Both the position numbers and the translations under genes were made by a program. 64,000 nt of DNA. It comes from Polyangiaceae bacterium. Lineage in GTDB: Bacteria; Myxococcota_A; Polyangia; Polyangiales; Polyangiaceae. The notes below the pieces were generated by a model. That model did no database searches, was not told the DNA's origin, and saw nothing but the letters and a program-made list of their open reading frames with translations. Below are positions 21,130 through 31,496 of the stretch, piece after piece. Within the stretch, counting starts at the first letter, position 1; every line of letters starts with the position of its first letter. The stretch covers positions 1-64,000 of the forward strand of contig JBNKBE010000013.1 in assembly GCA_050287085.1 (NCBI GenBank), in the 5' to 3' direction.

Positions 21130-21639
21130 TTAGAGCCAGCGGCGCACACGCAGCTGATACTTGAGATACTCGTCCCCAAACACCTGCGTTAGGGCCCACT
21201 CCTCTCGCGGGATGATCTTGGTGTGCATGATCCAAAGCGGGGCGGCGAGGAACACGAGTGGCCAGGCCAGATTGAGGACGAGGGCGATCCCGACGTATGC
21301 TGCAGCCAGCGCCACGTACATCGGATTGCGCGTAAGTCGGAAGGGCCCTCGCGTGACAAGGGCACGAGAGGTTCCATGCGGTATGATGGTGGTCCGGTCA
21401 ACCAAGAACAGGCCCGGCGCTGTGACGAGCAGCATGACCGCGCAAGCGATCACGACAACGCCGACGAGCCAAGTGACGGGGGCGACTACGGCCGGCAGGG
21501 AGTCCTGCGGAACCACTCGATGGAGCTGCGCCCCTGCGACGAAGGTGCCGACGAACAGGAAGGGCGGCGGGACGTAGATGAAGAAAGACCATGGGGTCCG
21601 GACGGGCGCCTCAGACGATGCGGTTTTTTGGGTGCTCAT
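21130..21639 (-). CDS. Isoprenylcysteine carboxylmethyltransferase/PEMT-family membrane protein
   Basis: LVTRGPFRLTRNPMY...IPREE..L...FGDEYLKY...VRRWL. Confidence 0.9.
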   Translation of the reverse strand: MSTQKTASSEAPVRTPWSFFIYVPPPFLFVGTFVAGAQLHRVVPQDSLPAVVAPVTWLVGVVVIACAVMLLVTAPGLFLVDRTTIIPHGTSRALVTRGPFRLTRNPMYVALAAAYVGIALVLNLAWPLVFLAAPLWIMHTKIIPREEWALTQVFGDEYLKYQLRVRRWL

Positions 21640-21698
21640 GTTCAGGCTCCTAGCAATGGGAACTACCCACAGATTTCAATATATGTTACCTATATCTA

Positions 21699-22391
21699 AT
21701 GAGCAAGCCGAAACTCCGGCGCGGCTATGACGCGACCAAACGGCAAGAGGCCGCGAAGGCTCGGCAGGAGCGGATCGCCGCTGTCGCAACCCGCCTGTTC
21801 GCGGAGCGAGGATATGCGGAGACTACGGTAGAGATGATCGCCGCGGAAGCAGAGGTGGCGGTCCCGACGGTCTACGCGGCGTTTGGCTCCAAGCGCGCCC
21901 TTCTTTCCCAACTGCTCGATCGCCAAGTGACGGGTGAGTCCAAACCTAGGCCGATACTCCAAACGACGCGCGCGCGCGCAGTCCTTGATGAGCCGAACCC
22001 GCGCCGCGCGCTCGCAAGCTTCGCAGCGCACATGACCGAGATCCAGGAGCGAGTCGGTCCAGTCTTCGAGGTGATGAAGCACGCGGCGAGGACCGACGCC
22101 GAAGTTTCGGAACTCTACGCTCGCGCCCAGAGCAATCGCTATCGGAACCTGGAAGCGGTGGCACGCATGCTTTCGGAGCGCGGCGCCCTTCGGCCGGGAC
22201 TCACTGTGGAAGCGGCAGGGCGAACGATCTGGGTGCTCGCGAGTCCCGAGACGCGGCAGATGTTGGAGACGCACGGCGGGTGGTCTGCCGACGACTACCG
22301 GAAGTGGCTAGCGGACACCCTCATCGCCGCCCTGCTGCCTCCCCAGTGCCCGAGCCAACAAGAAGAGGCCCCCCGTCGACCCAAGGCATAA
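21699..22391 (+). CDS. TetR-family regulator
   Basis: LFAERGYAETTVEMIAAEAEVAVPTVYAAFGSK; divergent from the ICMT gene. Confidence 0.9.
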   Translation: MSKPKLRRGYDATKRQEAAKARQERIAAVATRLFAERGYAETTVEMIAAEAEVAVPTVYAAFGSKRALLSQLLDRQVTGESKPRPILQTTRARAVLDEPNPRRALASFAAHMTEIQERVGPVFEVMKHAARTDAEVSELYARAQSNRYRNLEAVARMLSERGALRPGLTVEAAGRTIWVLASPETRQMLETHGGWSADDYRKWLADTLIAALLPPQCPSQQEEAPRRPKA

Positions 22392-22700
22392 CACGCTCGG
22401 CACCCGAGGAGCCGTTGTATGTCCTCATCGAGCTCACTCCGCGGGAGCCCACAGGTCGCCCCAAGCGGATGCTTGCCGCGCTACAGCTTGCCGGGAAAGT
22501 AGACCCCAACTGTGACTTCGTTACCGTTTGGGATCATGTTTCACGGCGTCTTTGGCGAAGACACCGACCGCAACCTGGGCGGGCGTTAGCCCCAACCACC
22601 GGCAGAAGCGGAGCCCGAGCTTCGTGGTGGTCGATGTGCCTGAGCGCGAGCGCGAGTGGAAGGTGCTTGGCGAATGGCCCGAACAGCGTGCATGATTCCC

Positions 22701-23237
22701 ATGATGCGCCTGCGACCGGCAACCCTGAATGACCTCGACCTGCTTTCGCATTGGGACGAGCAGCCCCATGTCATCGAGTCAGATCCCAACGACGACTGGA
22801 ACTGGGAAGTTGAGCTCGCGCGCGCCCCGGGCTGGCGCGAGCAGCTCATCGCCGAGGTCGATGATGTGCCCATCGGGTTCATTCAGATCATCGACCCGGC
22901 GCAGGAGGACAGCCACTACTGGGGAGAATGCCCAGACGGCCTGCGTGCCATCGATATATGGCTCGGCGATGAAGCCAACCTCGGACGGGGGTATGGAACG
23001 CAGATGATGACCTTGGCCATCGACCGCTGCTTTGCGGAAGCCTCCGTCGACGGCATCCTCATCGACCCGTTGGCGGCCAACGATCGCGCGCGTCGATTCT
23101 ACGAGCGGCTCGGCTTCCGCTTCCTGGAGAGCCGCACGTTCGGCGACGACCACTGCGCGGTGTATCGACTCGATCGTCGGGCATGGTGTTCCGCCGAAGG
23201 TGGCGCCCAGAGGAAAAGCGTGCCTCCGGCCGTGTGA
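22701..23237 (+). CDS. GNAT acetyltransferase (AAC(6')-like fold)
   Basis: PIGFIQ...RAIDIWLG...LGRGYGT...IDP...N.RARRFYERLGF. Confidence 0.85.
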   Translation: MMRLRPATLNDLDLLSHWDEQPHVIESDPNDDWNWEVELARAPGWREQLIAEVDDVPIGFIQIIDPAQEDSHYWGECPDGLRAIDIWLGDEANLGRGYGTQMMTLAIDRCFAEASVDGILIDPLAANDRARRFYERLGFRFLESRTFGDDHCAVYRLDRRAWCSAEGGAQRKSVPPAV

Positions 23238-23246
23238 TGGAGACCG

Positions 23247-23333
23247 CTGACCCATCGACGGCACAAGATTGGCGCGGCAACCCGCATCTGACCCATCGAC
23301 GGCACAAGATTGGCGCGGCAACCCGCATCTGAC
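23247..23333. repeat. 41-bp perfect tandem duplication
   Basis: CTGACCCATCGACGGCACAAGATTGGCGCGGCAACCCGCAT at 23247 and 23288. Confidence 0.95.
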
Positions 23334-23815
23334 GCTCACGGCGCTCGTCACGCAGCCGCTCGAGACCGCCCGAGGTGCCGCGGCCTCCGTTCCCGGCTGA
23401 GACCGCAACGCTCTGCGCGGTCGGTTGGTCGCAGCGCCGAGGCTGCTAGAGCTCGCAGAGCAACGAGAGTTGGCTAACTTCCTGGCGTCCCATGTCGAAG
23501 CGCTCGCCCTGGTGCCTTCGCTATCGAGGAGCCTGGCTCGTTCCGGCGGCTCTTCGTAGAACAGGTGAACCGCGCGCTGCCCGAGGAAGCGCAGCTATCG
23601 ACGACTGGACGGCCACGGCCATGACTACCTGGTGTTCGGCCCAACCGCCGTCGTGGAGAACCGACGAGCACCAGAGCCCTCATTGAGGTGCTCGCCGGCC
23701 TGAGCGCGGACGACTCCCGCTTGTCTGAGGCCGTAGCTGCGGCAATCCGTGCAACGTGAACACTGCTGGCGGCGGATGGCTTTGAGGACTCCTCGCCGAT
23801 CACGACGAAGCTCAG

Positions 23816-24763
23816 CTATATCCCGAGTCCTGCGCACGACTCCACGCTGACGCTGGTGAAGTCTCTGCAGCGATCATTTTCGCACTCGCCGCCGAGGCAC
23901 TCGTTGCCGTCGACGCACGGCTCGCCGTTTGCCTTCAGTGGCGTGCAACGCATCTCGTCGTAGTCGCAGTATGAGCTAGCCAGGCAGTCGCTATCGTTTT
24001 GGCAAAGGCCCCTTGCAGTGTCAGCGAGGCACGTCCCCGCTTCGCAATGGCCGGCGGATTCACAGTAGAAGTCACAGGGTTGCCCGATGGTCGGCACGGC
24101 TTCACACACGCCGGCTTGCGTGTTGCAAGTAACGCCGTCTTCGACCCAGCAGACCGCGTCCTGGGCGGGAGTTGCGGCCGGGGCTCCGCTGCAAGTCGGC
24201 CCGTATTCGTCATCCTGACACGTCCCGTTACACGGCTGACCGAGTGTCGCGCGCGGCGTGTCCTCGATGGACGCACCCCCCGTGTCCTCCGTACAGACAT
24301 CCCCGTCGCAATAGGTGTACCGTCCGTCGGCTCCCGCGCACTCCACGTCACTTGTGCATGCACCGCCAAGAGGAGTGGTGCCGACGAACATTCCCCTGCA
24401 CGGGTTGTCGTCGTAATCGTCGTAGTCGTAGTCGCCGGGGGCTTGATCGCAGTGGGAGGCGATCGTTGCAAAGACGTCCACGCAGCGACCTGCCACGGCT
24501 TCATCGAAGCGCACTCCTGGCTGCGCCGCGATCTCATTGACGCGAGCGGAAATGACCCCGCCCAGTCTCGTCTTGCAGTTGGTGGCCTCGTAGCCCTCTG
24601 CCGCACAACACGGCGCGATGCCGGAGCAATAAACCTCCGCGACTCTGGTGCCGAAGTCCTGCAACGGGACCGGCCCCGATGCCTCTTGTTCATCCGGCTC
24701 GCCGCACGCACCGAGCGCTAGCGAAGTGGCCAACCAAAAATTGCGATGCTTCCTCGTCCTCAT
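23816..24763 (-). CDS. Cys-rich secreted lipoprotein (myxobacterial type)
   Basis: MRTRKHRNFWLATSLALGAC lipobox; repeated G.PC/C..D.EC motifs. Confidence 0.8.
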   Translation of the reverse strand: MRTRKHRNFWLATSLALGACGEPDEQEASGPVPLQDFGTRVAEVYCSGIAPCCAAEGYEATNCKTRLGGVISARVNEIAAQPGVRFDEAVAGRCVDVFATIASHCDQAPGDYDYDDYDDNPCRGMFVGTTPLGGACTSDVECAGADGRYTYCDGDVCTEDTGGASIEDTPRATLGQPCNGTCQDDEYGPTCSGAPAATPAQDAVCWVEDGVTCNTQAGVCEAVPTIGQPCDFYCESAGHCEAGTCLADTARGLCQNDSDCLASSYCDYDEMRCTPLKANGEPCVDGNECLGGECENDRCRDFTSVSVESCAGLGI

Positions 24764-25342
24764 CCCGAACTCGCTCCTTAACTCCCGCCGAGCCCAACCA
24801 TCGGTGGTACCTAGCCGCCCACATGCCACGTCGTCTCGCGTGGACGGAGTATTCGACGTTGCCCTTGAGGCCCGCAAGCACGGAATCACCGCCGTCCGAA
24901 CAAATTCGGTCCCCGACAGCGCCGTTTCGTTGCGTCAGGGCCCTCGTCACCCACGGCCTGGCTAGTCCAAGCAAGAGCTCCGCTTCCTGCCGCGGGTGAT
25001 CTATCGCCGCGATCCATTTGTCCCACATGCCCGTTGACTTGACGAGCCCAGCCCAAGGAAGGCTGGCACTCGCGTGGTTCGAGGATGAGCTCGCCGAGGA
25101 CTAGCTGGCCGGCGGTTGAACACGCAGAAGAGTACCGTGCGCTTGGCCGAGAGCCCGGGCGGCGAACGCCTCGGGGGCGCCGCCGCAACTTGGGTGTTCG
25201 ATGCCGTTCGCGCCGCCTCCCCAGGCGATTGAGGGTGCGAAGCTACATCTGGATGCCGAGCCCCCGTTTCAGCTCACGGACTCTATTCACTGGCTGGGAG
25301 AGGCTTCGTTCGCACCCCTTCACGTGGTATGTTGGAGGTCCA

Positions 25343-25963
25343 GTGATCACCGTCATCAACGACTACTTTGCAAAGGGATGCGGGCGCTGCGAGCGCTTCG
25401 CCACGGCGGACTGCTCAACGCAACTGTGGAAGCGCGGGCTTGCTGAGCTTCGGCGCATCTGCCAGCAAGAAGAGATCACCGAGACAGTCAAGTGGGGGCA
25501 CCCGTGCTTCATGCGCAACGGCAGAAACATCGCCATCATCGGTGCGTTCCGCGGTGACTTTCGCCTCAGCTTCTTCAACGCAGCGCTGATGAAGGACCCC
25601 GACGGTGTACTCGAAAAGCAGGGGCCCAACACCCGCCACCCCGACATGATCCGCTTCGGTGACGAAGACCGGGTGCGACAGCTGGAGCCCGTGATCCGCT
25701 CCTACTTGCGCGAAGCTATCGGCTATGCCGACGCCGGTATCAAACCACCCAAGGTACAAGGTGAACTCGAGTTGCCGGCGGAATTGAGTGAGGCCCTGGA
25801 GGCCGATCCGGAGCTCGCCGAAGGGTTTCACAGGCTCACGCCAGGCCGCAAGAAGAGCTACGTGATCAACCTGAGTTCCGCAAAGAAGCCGGAGACGCGA
25901 GTCACTCGCATCGCGAAGTTCAGGGACAGGATCATCGCTGGCAAGGGCGCGATGGAGCGTTGA
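25343..25963 (+). CDS. YdeI/OmpD-associated family protein
   Basis: GCGRC N-terminus, ETVKWGHPC, LTPGRKKSY...AKKPETR; GGAGG RBS. Confidence 0.85.
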   Translation: MITVINDYFAKGCGRCERFATADCSTQLWKRGLAELRRICQQEEITETVKWGHPCFMRNGRNIAIIGAFRGDFRLSFFNAALMKDPDGVLEKQGPNTRHPDMIRFGDEDRVRQLEPVIRSYLREAIGYADAGIKPPKVQGELELPAELSEALEADPELAEGFHRLTPGRKKSYVINLSSAKKPETRVTRIAKFRDRIIAGKGAMER

Positions 25964-26027
25964 TGGCTACGGTGGTCGTCAACCCAACTGAGTCGTCATC
26001 GACGCTCAACTACCGTTGCGAGTGATC

Positions 26028-26193
26028 ATGGCAGGGTACTCGAAGACACCGTTGGTCAAGAAGCGGGGCATCAAAGACGGATTTCGCGTCGGGGTGCGCG
26101 GCGCGCCTCGGCCCTACGACGAGATCGTCGATGAATTGCCAGGACGAGGTGTGGTCCGGCTTGCGACTGGTCATTCGGCGGTCTGAGCGCTGA
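26028..26193 (+). pseudogene. Collapsed DUF3052-like gene
   Basis: MAGYSKTPLVKK.GIK N-terminus joined out of frame near 26143 to the C-terminus DEVWSGLRLVIRRSER*. Confidence 0.7.
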
Positions 26194-26465
26194 AAGCATC
26201 GGCGCTCCGGCGGCTTGCGCCCCTGGCGGCTTGCGCCAGCTCACGTCTCTCGCGCATTCATCGACGACTCAAGACGTCCGCGCACGGCGTAAGTGATGAT
26301 CTCGGCCTCTTCTCGGATTGCTTGTGGTGGGAGGTTCGCGGTGGCAAGCGGCCTTCTTCAAGGTCCGTGAGAGGGCCCAATGGGTCTTGTGAGGCGAAGG
26401 TTAACCAGACCTCGCGCTGGCGACGGCGCGCGTGCCGGCGCTCGTCACCCCTGCAAACCGGTTGA

Positions 26466-27449
26466 TCATGCGTCCGCTCCCCCCATACTCGGCAATTCCG
26501 GTTTTCCATGGTCGTCGAGCCATCTCAGAAGCTCGTGAATACTGCCGGTGGCGAGGGCAATGCAGGTATCTGCCGCACCGTAGTACAGACTAATGGTGTC
26601 GCCGTCGTCCGCGACGGTGACGCCACAGGGGAAAGCGACGTTGCCCACATCGCCGTATCGCTCATAGTCCGTCTCCGGTCCAAACACCCACGAGTCCCCG
26701 CGAAGGAGGCATCGCTCCGGATTGTCCAGTTCAAACAGCGCAAGGCCCAGACGGTAGAGCGCTCCGTCAGCCGTGCGTCGCACGCCGTGGTAGATCATCA
26801 GCCAACCACGCGCGGTTTCGATAAGAGGTGGAGACAATCCTATCTTGTTGGCGTCCCACCAGGCCCCCTTGCGTGCTGCGAGAAGCAACTTGTGGTGCCC
26901 CCAGTTGTTGAGGTCCGGAGAATACGAGATCCAGATGTGCGCGGCAGTCTCCGTTGCCGGACGATGCAGCAGAGCAAACTGTCCTCGAATCCGTCGCGGC
27001 AGCAGGGCCGCGTCTTTGTCGTCGGGCTGCATGACGAGCCCCTGACGGTCGAACGTGCGAAAATCATCGGTGAGAGCCAGCGCAACGCCAGGCCCGTCGC
27101 GACCAAAGGCCGTATAGGCGACGGCGTACTTGCCGAGCTCGGGCACAAAGGTAATGCGCGGATCTTCGATGCCCCACAACTCGTCCGGATGAAGATCGGG
27201 TTGTGGCAAGAGCGCCGGCTCGTCGTCGATGAGCCAACCGTCGACCCCGTTCGCTGAGCGAGCCGCGCAAAGGTGCGAGTGGCCACGTCGGTCTTCGACG
27301 CGGCACAAGAGGAGTGTCGTGCCGTTGGCCAGCCGGGTAGCCCCTGGATTGAAGACGGTGTGCGCGGGATACGGCCAATCGGCTGCGGTCAGAATTGGAT
27401 TGCCGGGATGGCGCTGGAAGAGAGTCGCGAATCGTTGTGGCCTACTCAC
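26466..27449 (-). CDS. GH130 glycoside hydrolase/phosphorylase
   Basis: NPIL, VFNPG, GIEDPRI, DKDAAL, YHGV, YYGAADT. Confidence 0.9.
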   Translation of the reverse strand: MSRPQRFATLFQRHPGNPILTAADWPYPAHTVFNPGATRLANGTTLLLCRVEDRRGHSHLCAARSANGVDGWLIDDEPALLPQPDLHPDELWGIEDPRITFVPELGKYAVAYTAFGRDGPGVALALTDDFRTFDRQGLVMQPDDKDAALLPRRIRGQFALLHRPATETAAHIWISYSPDLNNWGHHKLLLAARKGAWWDANKIGLSPPLIETARGWLMIYHGVRRTADGALYRLGLALFELDNPERCLLRGDSWVFGPETDYERYGDVGNVAFPCGVTVADDGDTISLYYGAADTCIALATGSIHELLRWLDDHGKPELPSMGGADA

Positions 27450-29767
27450 GAGGCCACCTCGGAAGCGCTGACCCTCAGCACGGCAGTGTGGCTCGCGCCT
27501 CGCGCCGCGAAGGAGTGGTCGCTCTGACGCATGTCTAGCAGCGCCATGAGGAACGACAGGGTCGATTCGGCTCCCTGGTTTTCGTTCGGGCGGTCCGGGT
27601 GCAATCCGTCGCGGCAGCCTCCTGTCGCAGGAACATAGACCCATTCATCGACCTGGTTCTTTCCAAGAAACCAGTTGAAGGCTTGCAGCGCACGAGTGCG
27701 CCACTTCTCGTCACCGGTGATTCTGTGGCCGAGCAGGCAGGCTGCAACCGCTCCACAGGCCTCGACCGGCTGTTGATCGAACTGGGCTTTGGACCCTCCC
27801 CGATGGAAGAATCCGTCCGAACCGATCGGAGCGAACACACCGCCGTCCGTGGTCTGGATGGTGGCCAGCCAGTCCAGTGACCGTAGCCCGGTCGCAATCA
27901 TCCTCTCGTCGCCAATCCACTGGCCCGAGAGCAACAAGGCCTCCGAAAGCCGCGCGTTGCAGTAGGTCAGCCGGTCTTCACACCAGGGCCAGTCCTTGTG
28001 AGCGGAGCTCCGAAACAGCTCGAGGAGACGACCCGCCAGCTCACGCCCCACTGACGCGACGCGTCCGTCGTGACCTCGGGACCGCACGTACTCGGCAACT
28101 CCGAGTAGCGAGTACGCCCAGGCACGCGGGCTCGTGAAGTCGGAGGCCGCGGGTAGTGCGTTCTCGAAGAGCTCGGTCGCCACCGCTCTCCGCCCTGAAT
28201 CACTGGTGCGCGCACCCACCACGCCGAGGGCCCAGAGCGCTCGGCCATGACTGTCCTCGGATCCGCATCGCTCTGTCCAGCGGCGCGTGTAGCTCATGAA
28301 GTTCCGAAATCGCCCGCTTTCAGGCTCGAACGCGTGTCGCACAAACGCCAGGTAGCGCGTGGAAAGCGACCGGATCCGCGCCGGGGCCTCGGTCCGTGCT
28401 TCTTCCAAGCTCGCCATCAGCACCAGCGCGCGAGCGTTGTCGTCGAGACAGTAGCCATCTTCGTATCTTGGAATCGCATGTACTGCATGTTGGAGCAGCC
28501 CTGTATCGTCCGTCATAGTACGCAGATGGCCGAGCGTTAACCCTGGAAGGGCGCGTGTCTTGGTCGCGGGCGTCTCAACAGCGGAATACGCGGACGACTG
28601 ACGGGAGTGCTCCGTGAACGCCTGTTCGAAGCACTCGAGATATGCGCCGGCAACTACCGGCCACTGCATGCAGCCACCAAACTCGAGAGCCCGGCGCTCG
28701 AGCTCCGCCTTGGCCCGGTCGTCTTCGAGAAGCTCCGAGATCGCGGCGGCCAGCGCCTTGCTGCTCCTGGCGGGCACCAGGCGTCCCCTGCCGGCGGCAA
28801 GGATCTCTTCGGCGTAGCGATACGGAGTCGACACCACTGCTTTACCGGCACCGACGGCGTAGGCCAGTGTGCCCGATGTGATCTGCTCTTCGTTCAAGTA
28901 CGGGGTGACGTAGATATCGGCGGCGGCGAGGAACTGGACCAACTCGGCCTGACTTACAAATCGGTCGTGGAAGCGCAGGTGCGCGTCGACACCCAGTGAC
29001 TGGCCGCGTGCCTCCAACATCAGACGGTACCCTTCTCCATGCTGCTCCTTGACGTGAGGGTGGGTTGCTCCCAGGACAATGTAGAGGACGTCGGCGCAAT
29101 GCTCTCGGATCTCAGGCAGGGCATCAATGACGTGCTCGATGCCCTTGTCCGGTGAAAGCAGACCGAAGGTCAGAAGCACTCGCTTCCCCTCGAGCCCCAG
29201 CTTCTCCTTGCTCTCAGCGCACTCAGGCAAAGCGGGAACTCCGTGATGGATCACTTCTATCTTGGACTGTGAAACATTGTGAACGCGACGCAGCAGGTCG
29301 GCACCTTGCTCACTCATCACGACTACGCGCGCGGAAAGGGCGCAGAGCTCGTCCATGACGGCCCGCTGTGATGGGCTGGGGTTAGCGACGACGGTATGAA
29401 GGGTCGTCACAATCGGCATGCGGAGCTGCCGGAGAAGCGTGAGGAGATGTGCCCCTGCCTTCCCGCCATAGATCCCATACTCGTGTTGCACCGACAAAAC
29501 ATCCACCGCACTGACATTGAGAAAGTCGGCGGCGCGACGATAGGAAGCGAGACTCTCCTCTGCGATCTGATGGCGGACCTGCTCGGGGTAGAGGTAATGC
29601 TTGCCAGGGTCATTCATCGCAACGACGGTACAATCCAACGCAGGGCGCGACGTCCGAATGGCCCCGCTCAAGTCCGCGGTGAAGGTTGCGATGCCGCACT
29701 GCCTCGGCGTGTGGTTTCCGAGGAACGCAACGGTGCGCAGCAAGTTGTTGGCAGCGACCTCACCCAT
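27446..29767 (-). CDS. GT4 glycosyltransferase with C-terminal (alpha/alpha)6-like domain
   Basis: PRQCGIATF, QHEYGIYGG, FGLLSPDKG, SGTLAYA; C-terminal GYCLDDNARAL, FDQQP.E, NQGAES. Confidence 0.9.
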   Translation of the reverse strand: MGEVAANNLLRTVAFLGNHTPRQCGIATFTADLSGAIRTSRPALDCTVVAMNDPGKHYLYPEQVRHQIAEESLASYRRAADFLNVSAVDVLSVQHEYGIYGGKAGAHLLTLLRQLRMPIVTTLHTVVANPSPSQRAVMDELCALSARVVVMSEQGADLLRRVHNVSQSKIEVIHHGVPALPECAESKEKLGLEGKRVLLTFGLLSPDKGIEHVIDALPEIREHCADVLYIVLGATHPHVKEQHGEGYRLMLEARGQSLGVDAHLRFHDRFVSQAELVQFLAAADIYVTPYLNEEQITSGTLAYAVGAGKAVVSTPYRYAEEILAAGRGRLVPARSSKALAAAISELLEDDRAKAELERRALEFGGCMQWPVVAGAYLECFEQAFTEHSRQSSAYSAVETPATKTRALPGLTLGHLRTMTDDTGLLQHAVHAIPRYEDGYCLDDNARALVLMASLEEARTEAPARIRSLSTRYLAFVRHAFEPESGRFRNFMSYTRRWTERCGSEDSHGRALWALGVVGARTSDSGRRAVATELFENALPAASDFTSPRAWAYSLLGVAEYVRSRGHDGRVASVGRELAGRLLELFRSSAHKDWPWCEDRLTYCNARLSEALLLSGQWIGDERMIATGLRSLDWLATIQTTDGGVFAPIGSDGFFHRGGSKAQFDQQPVEACGAVAACLLGHRITGDEKWRTRALQAFNWFLGKNQVDEWVYVPATGGCRDGLHPDRPNENQGAESTLSFLMALLDMRQSDHSFAARGASHTAVLRVSASEVAS

Positions 29768-30224
29768 GGCTCACGTCCATGGCTTGCAGCTGCTTGTAGA
29801 AAAGGTGAGATGCTATCCCTCTTTCGGCATGAGCGTGCATTGCATGCGTACGCACCTGGACCGCGATTGGCAAGCCACAGGGACTGAATACCGCGGTGTG
29901 CAATGAACGATAGCCGTTGGGTTTGGGCGCGGCTATATAGTCGCCGAATTTGCCTTCCTGAACCGGAAACGCCGAGTGGATTCGTCGAATTAGGCGATAG
30001 CAGTCGTACACGTGTTCGGTGACGGCGCGAATGCCGATGACGTCCAGAACCTCGCCGATGCCTGGGCCGCCACGCAGCCCCTTCTTCGACCCAGAGGGGT
30101 TGGTCTTGACGCGGCCATGCCAGTCGACACCGGAGTCGATATCCAGCGATATCATGGCCATCCTTTCCAGCGAAAGGAGCAGCACTCGGTCATTTCGCGC
30201 GGCTTCCCAATGCGTGTTCGTCAA
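29760..30224 (-). CDS. Stand-alone RelA/SpoT synthetase-like domain (small alarmone synthetase-like), probably degenerate
   Basis: GRVK, DVIGIR, DYIAAPKPNGYRSLH, HAERGIASH; ExQxRT reads AVQVRT; TTG start inferred. Confidence 0.75.
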   Translation of the reverse strand: MTNTHWEAARNDRVLLLSLERMAMISLDIDSGVDWHGRVKTNPSGSKKGLRGGPGIGEVLDVIGIRAVTEHVYDCYRLIRRIHSAFPVQEGKFGDYIAAPKPNGYRSLHTAVFSPCGLPIAVQVRTHAMHAHAERGIASHLFYKQLQAMDVSHG

Positions 30225-31399
30225 AGTACGCTCCCTTGCGCCTTCTTGGCTTCCCGCCCCGCCACTTCGAGGGCGATCAGCTCTCCGACGTTGCCAGGGG
30301 TCAGAAGGCCGACCACCTTCTCCTTGTCCATGACAACCAGGACGCGGCATGCGTTCTGATGGATGCGCGTCAGTGCCCCGTCGAGCGCCTCGCACGGGCT
30401 TGCTGTTCCAACCCCTTCTTGCATCGTCTGCCGAACCGAGACAGTCGCACCTCGTTCGGCGAGCCCCCTCAGCACATCGCCATACGTGAGGACCCCCACC
30501 AACCGAGACTGATTGTCCATCACCGGGAAGTCCTGCTGAAACCCGGTCAGCGTGAGCTCCACTGCTCGCGATATTGGGTCAGTCGGAGCGACAGTCTTGA
30601 AGTCTGTGATCATTCCTTGACCAACGGACAGGCCTGCGAGGGCCACTCTCACCGTCGAGAGTGAGTGCTCCACCTGAGCACCGAACCACACGAAGACAGC
30701 GATCAAGACCAAGAGCGGGCTCGCAAGCAGTCCCACGAGGCCGAGAAGCAGCGCAACGCCCTGGCCAACCCGCGCGGCCGTCTGGGTGGCGCGCTCTGGA
30801 GGCATGCGCATGGCTAGAAGCGCTCGAAGGACCCGGCCACCGTCCATCGGGTAGCCCGGCAGTAGATTGAACGCGGCGAGAGAGACGTTGATCCACATGA
30901 GCTGCGCCGGAAACGATCCGTCGGCGTAGCGGAAAATCTCGGGGGCGATTCGTCCGTTGGCCGACAACAGAAGGATGAATATCGCCAGGGCGATGGCCAT
31001 GTTCACAGCGGGACCCGCGATAGCTACGAGGAGCTGATGCGTCGGCTTTTCCGGCATCTTTTCAAATCGCGCGATGCCCCCAATGGGCAGCAGGGTGATA
31101 TCGTGGGTGCGTACGCCGAAGCGCCGCGCCATCAGCGCGTGGCCAAACTCGTGAAGCACCACCGTGGTGAACACCGCTAGGAGAAGAAACGTGGTGCGCA
31201 GAACCACCTCGACGCCCTGCCCAGCGACTAGATTTCCGAAGGCCGGAAATCCTATCAGCAGCAGAAAGGTCCCGTGGACATAGACGTCGATGCCGGCGAC
31301 CGTCGCGAGCTTCCACGACCACCGGAACGCCGGAGCGCGAGGCCGTGGCGGCTTGGAGCGCAGTGCGGCCGAGGTATGCGAGCCTGCAGTGGTCGTCAC
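30221..31399 (-). CDS. Site-2 protease (M50) with tandem CBS domains
   Basis: HEFGH, AGP..N, NLLPGYPMDGG; C-terminal CBS pair; GGAGG RBS before GTG 31399. Confidence 0.9.
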   Translation of the reverse strand: MTTTAGSHTSAALRSKPPRPRAPAFRWSWKLATVAGIDVYVHGTFLLLIGFPAFGNLVAGQGVEVVLRTTFLLLAVFTTVVLHEFGHALMARRFGVRTHDITLLPIGGIARFEKMPEKPTHQLLVAIAGPAVNMAIALAIFILLLSANGRIAPEIFRYADGSFPAQLMWINVSLAAFNLLPGYPMDGGRVLRALLAMRMPPERATQTAARVGQGVALLLGLVGLLASPLLVLIAVFVWFGAQVEHSLSTVRVALAGLSVGQGMITDFKTVAPTDPISRAVELTLTGFQQDFPVMDNQSRLVGVLTYGDVLRGLAERGATVSVRQTMQEGVGTASPCEALDGALTRIHQNACRVLVVMDKEKVVGLLTPGNVGELIALEVAGREAKKAQGSVL

Positions 31400-31496
31400 G
31401 AGACACCTCCGCTGTCCAATCGCCAGGCCTTTGCCACTCGGCGGTGCATGCGGGCGAGTGATTCCAGGAGCCACGGAGTTCGCCCATGGCCGGCGC

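Noticed and set aside
23247..23333. 41-bp repeat as a mini-CRISPR or att site
   Set aside because: Head-to-tail duplication with no spacer and no recombinase nearby.
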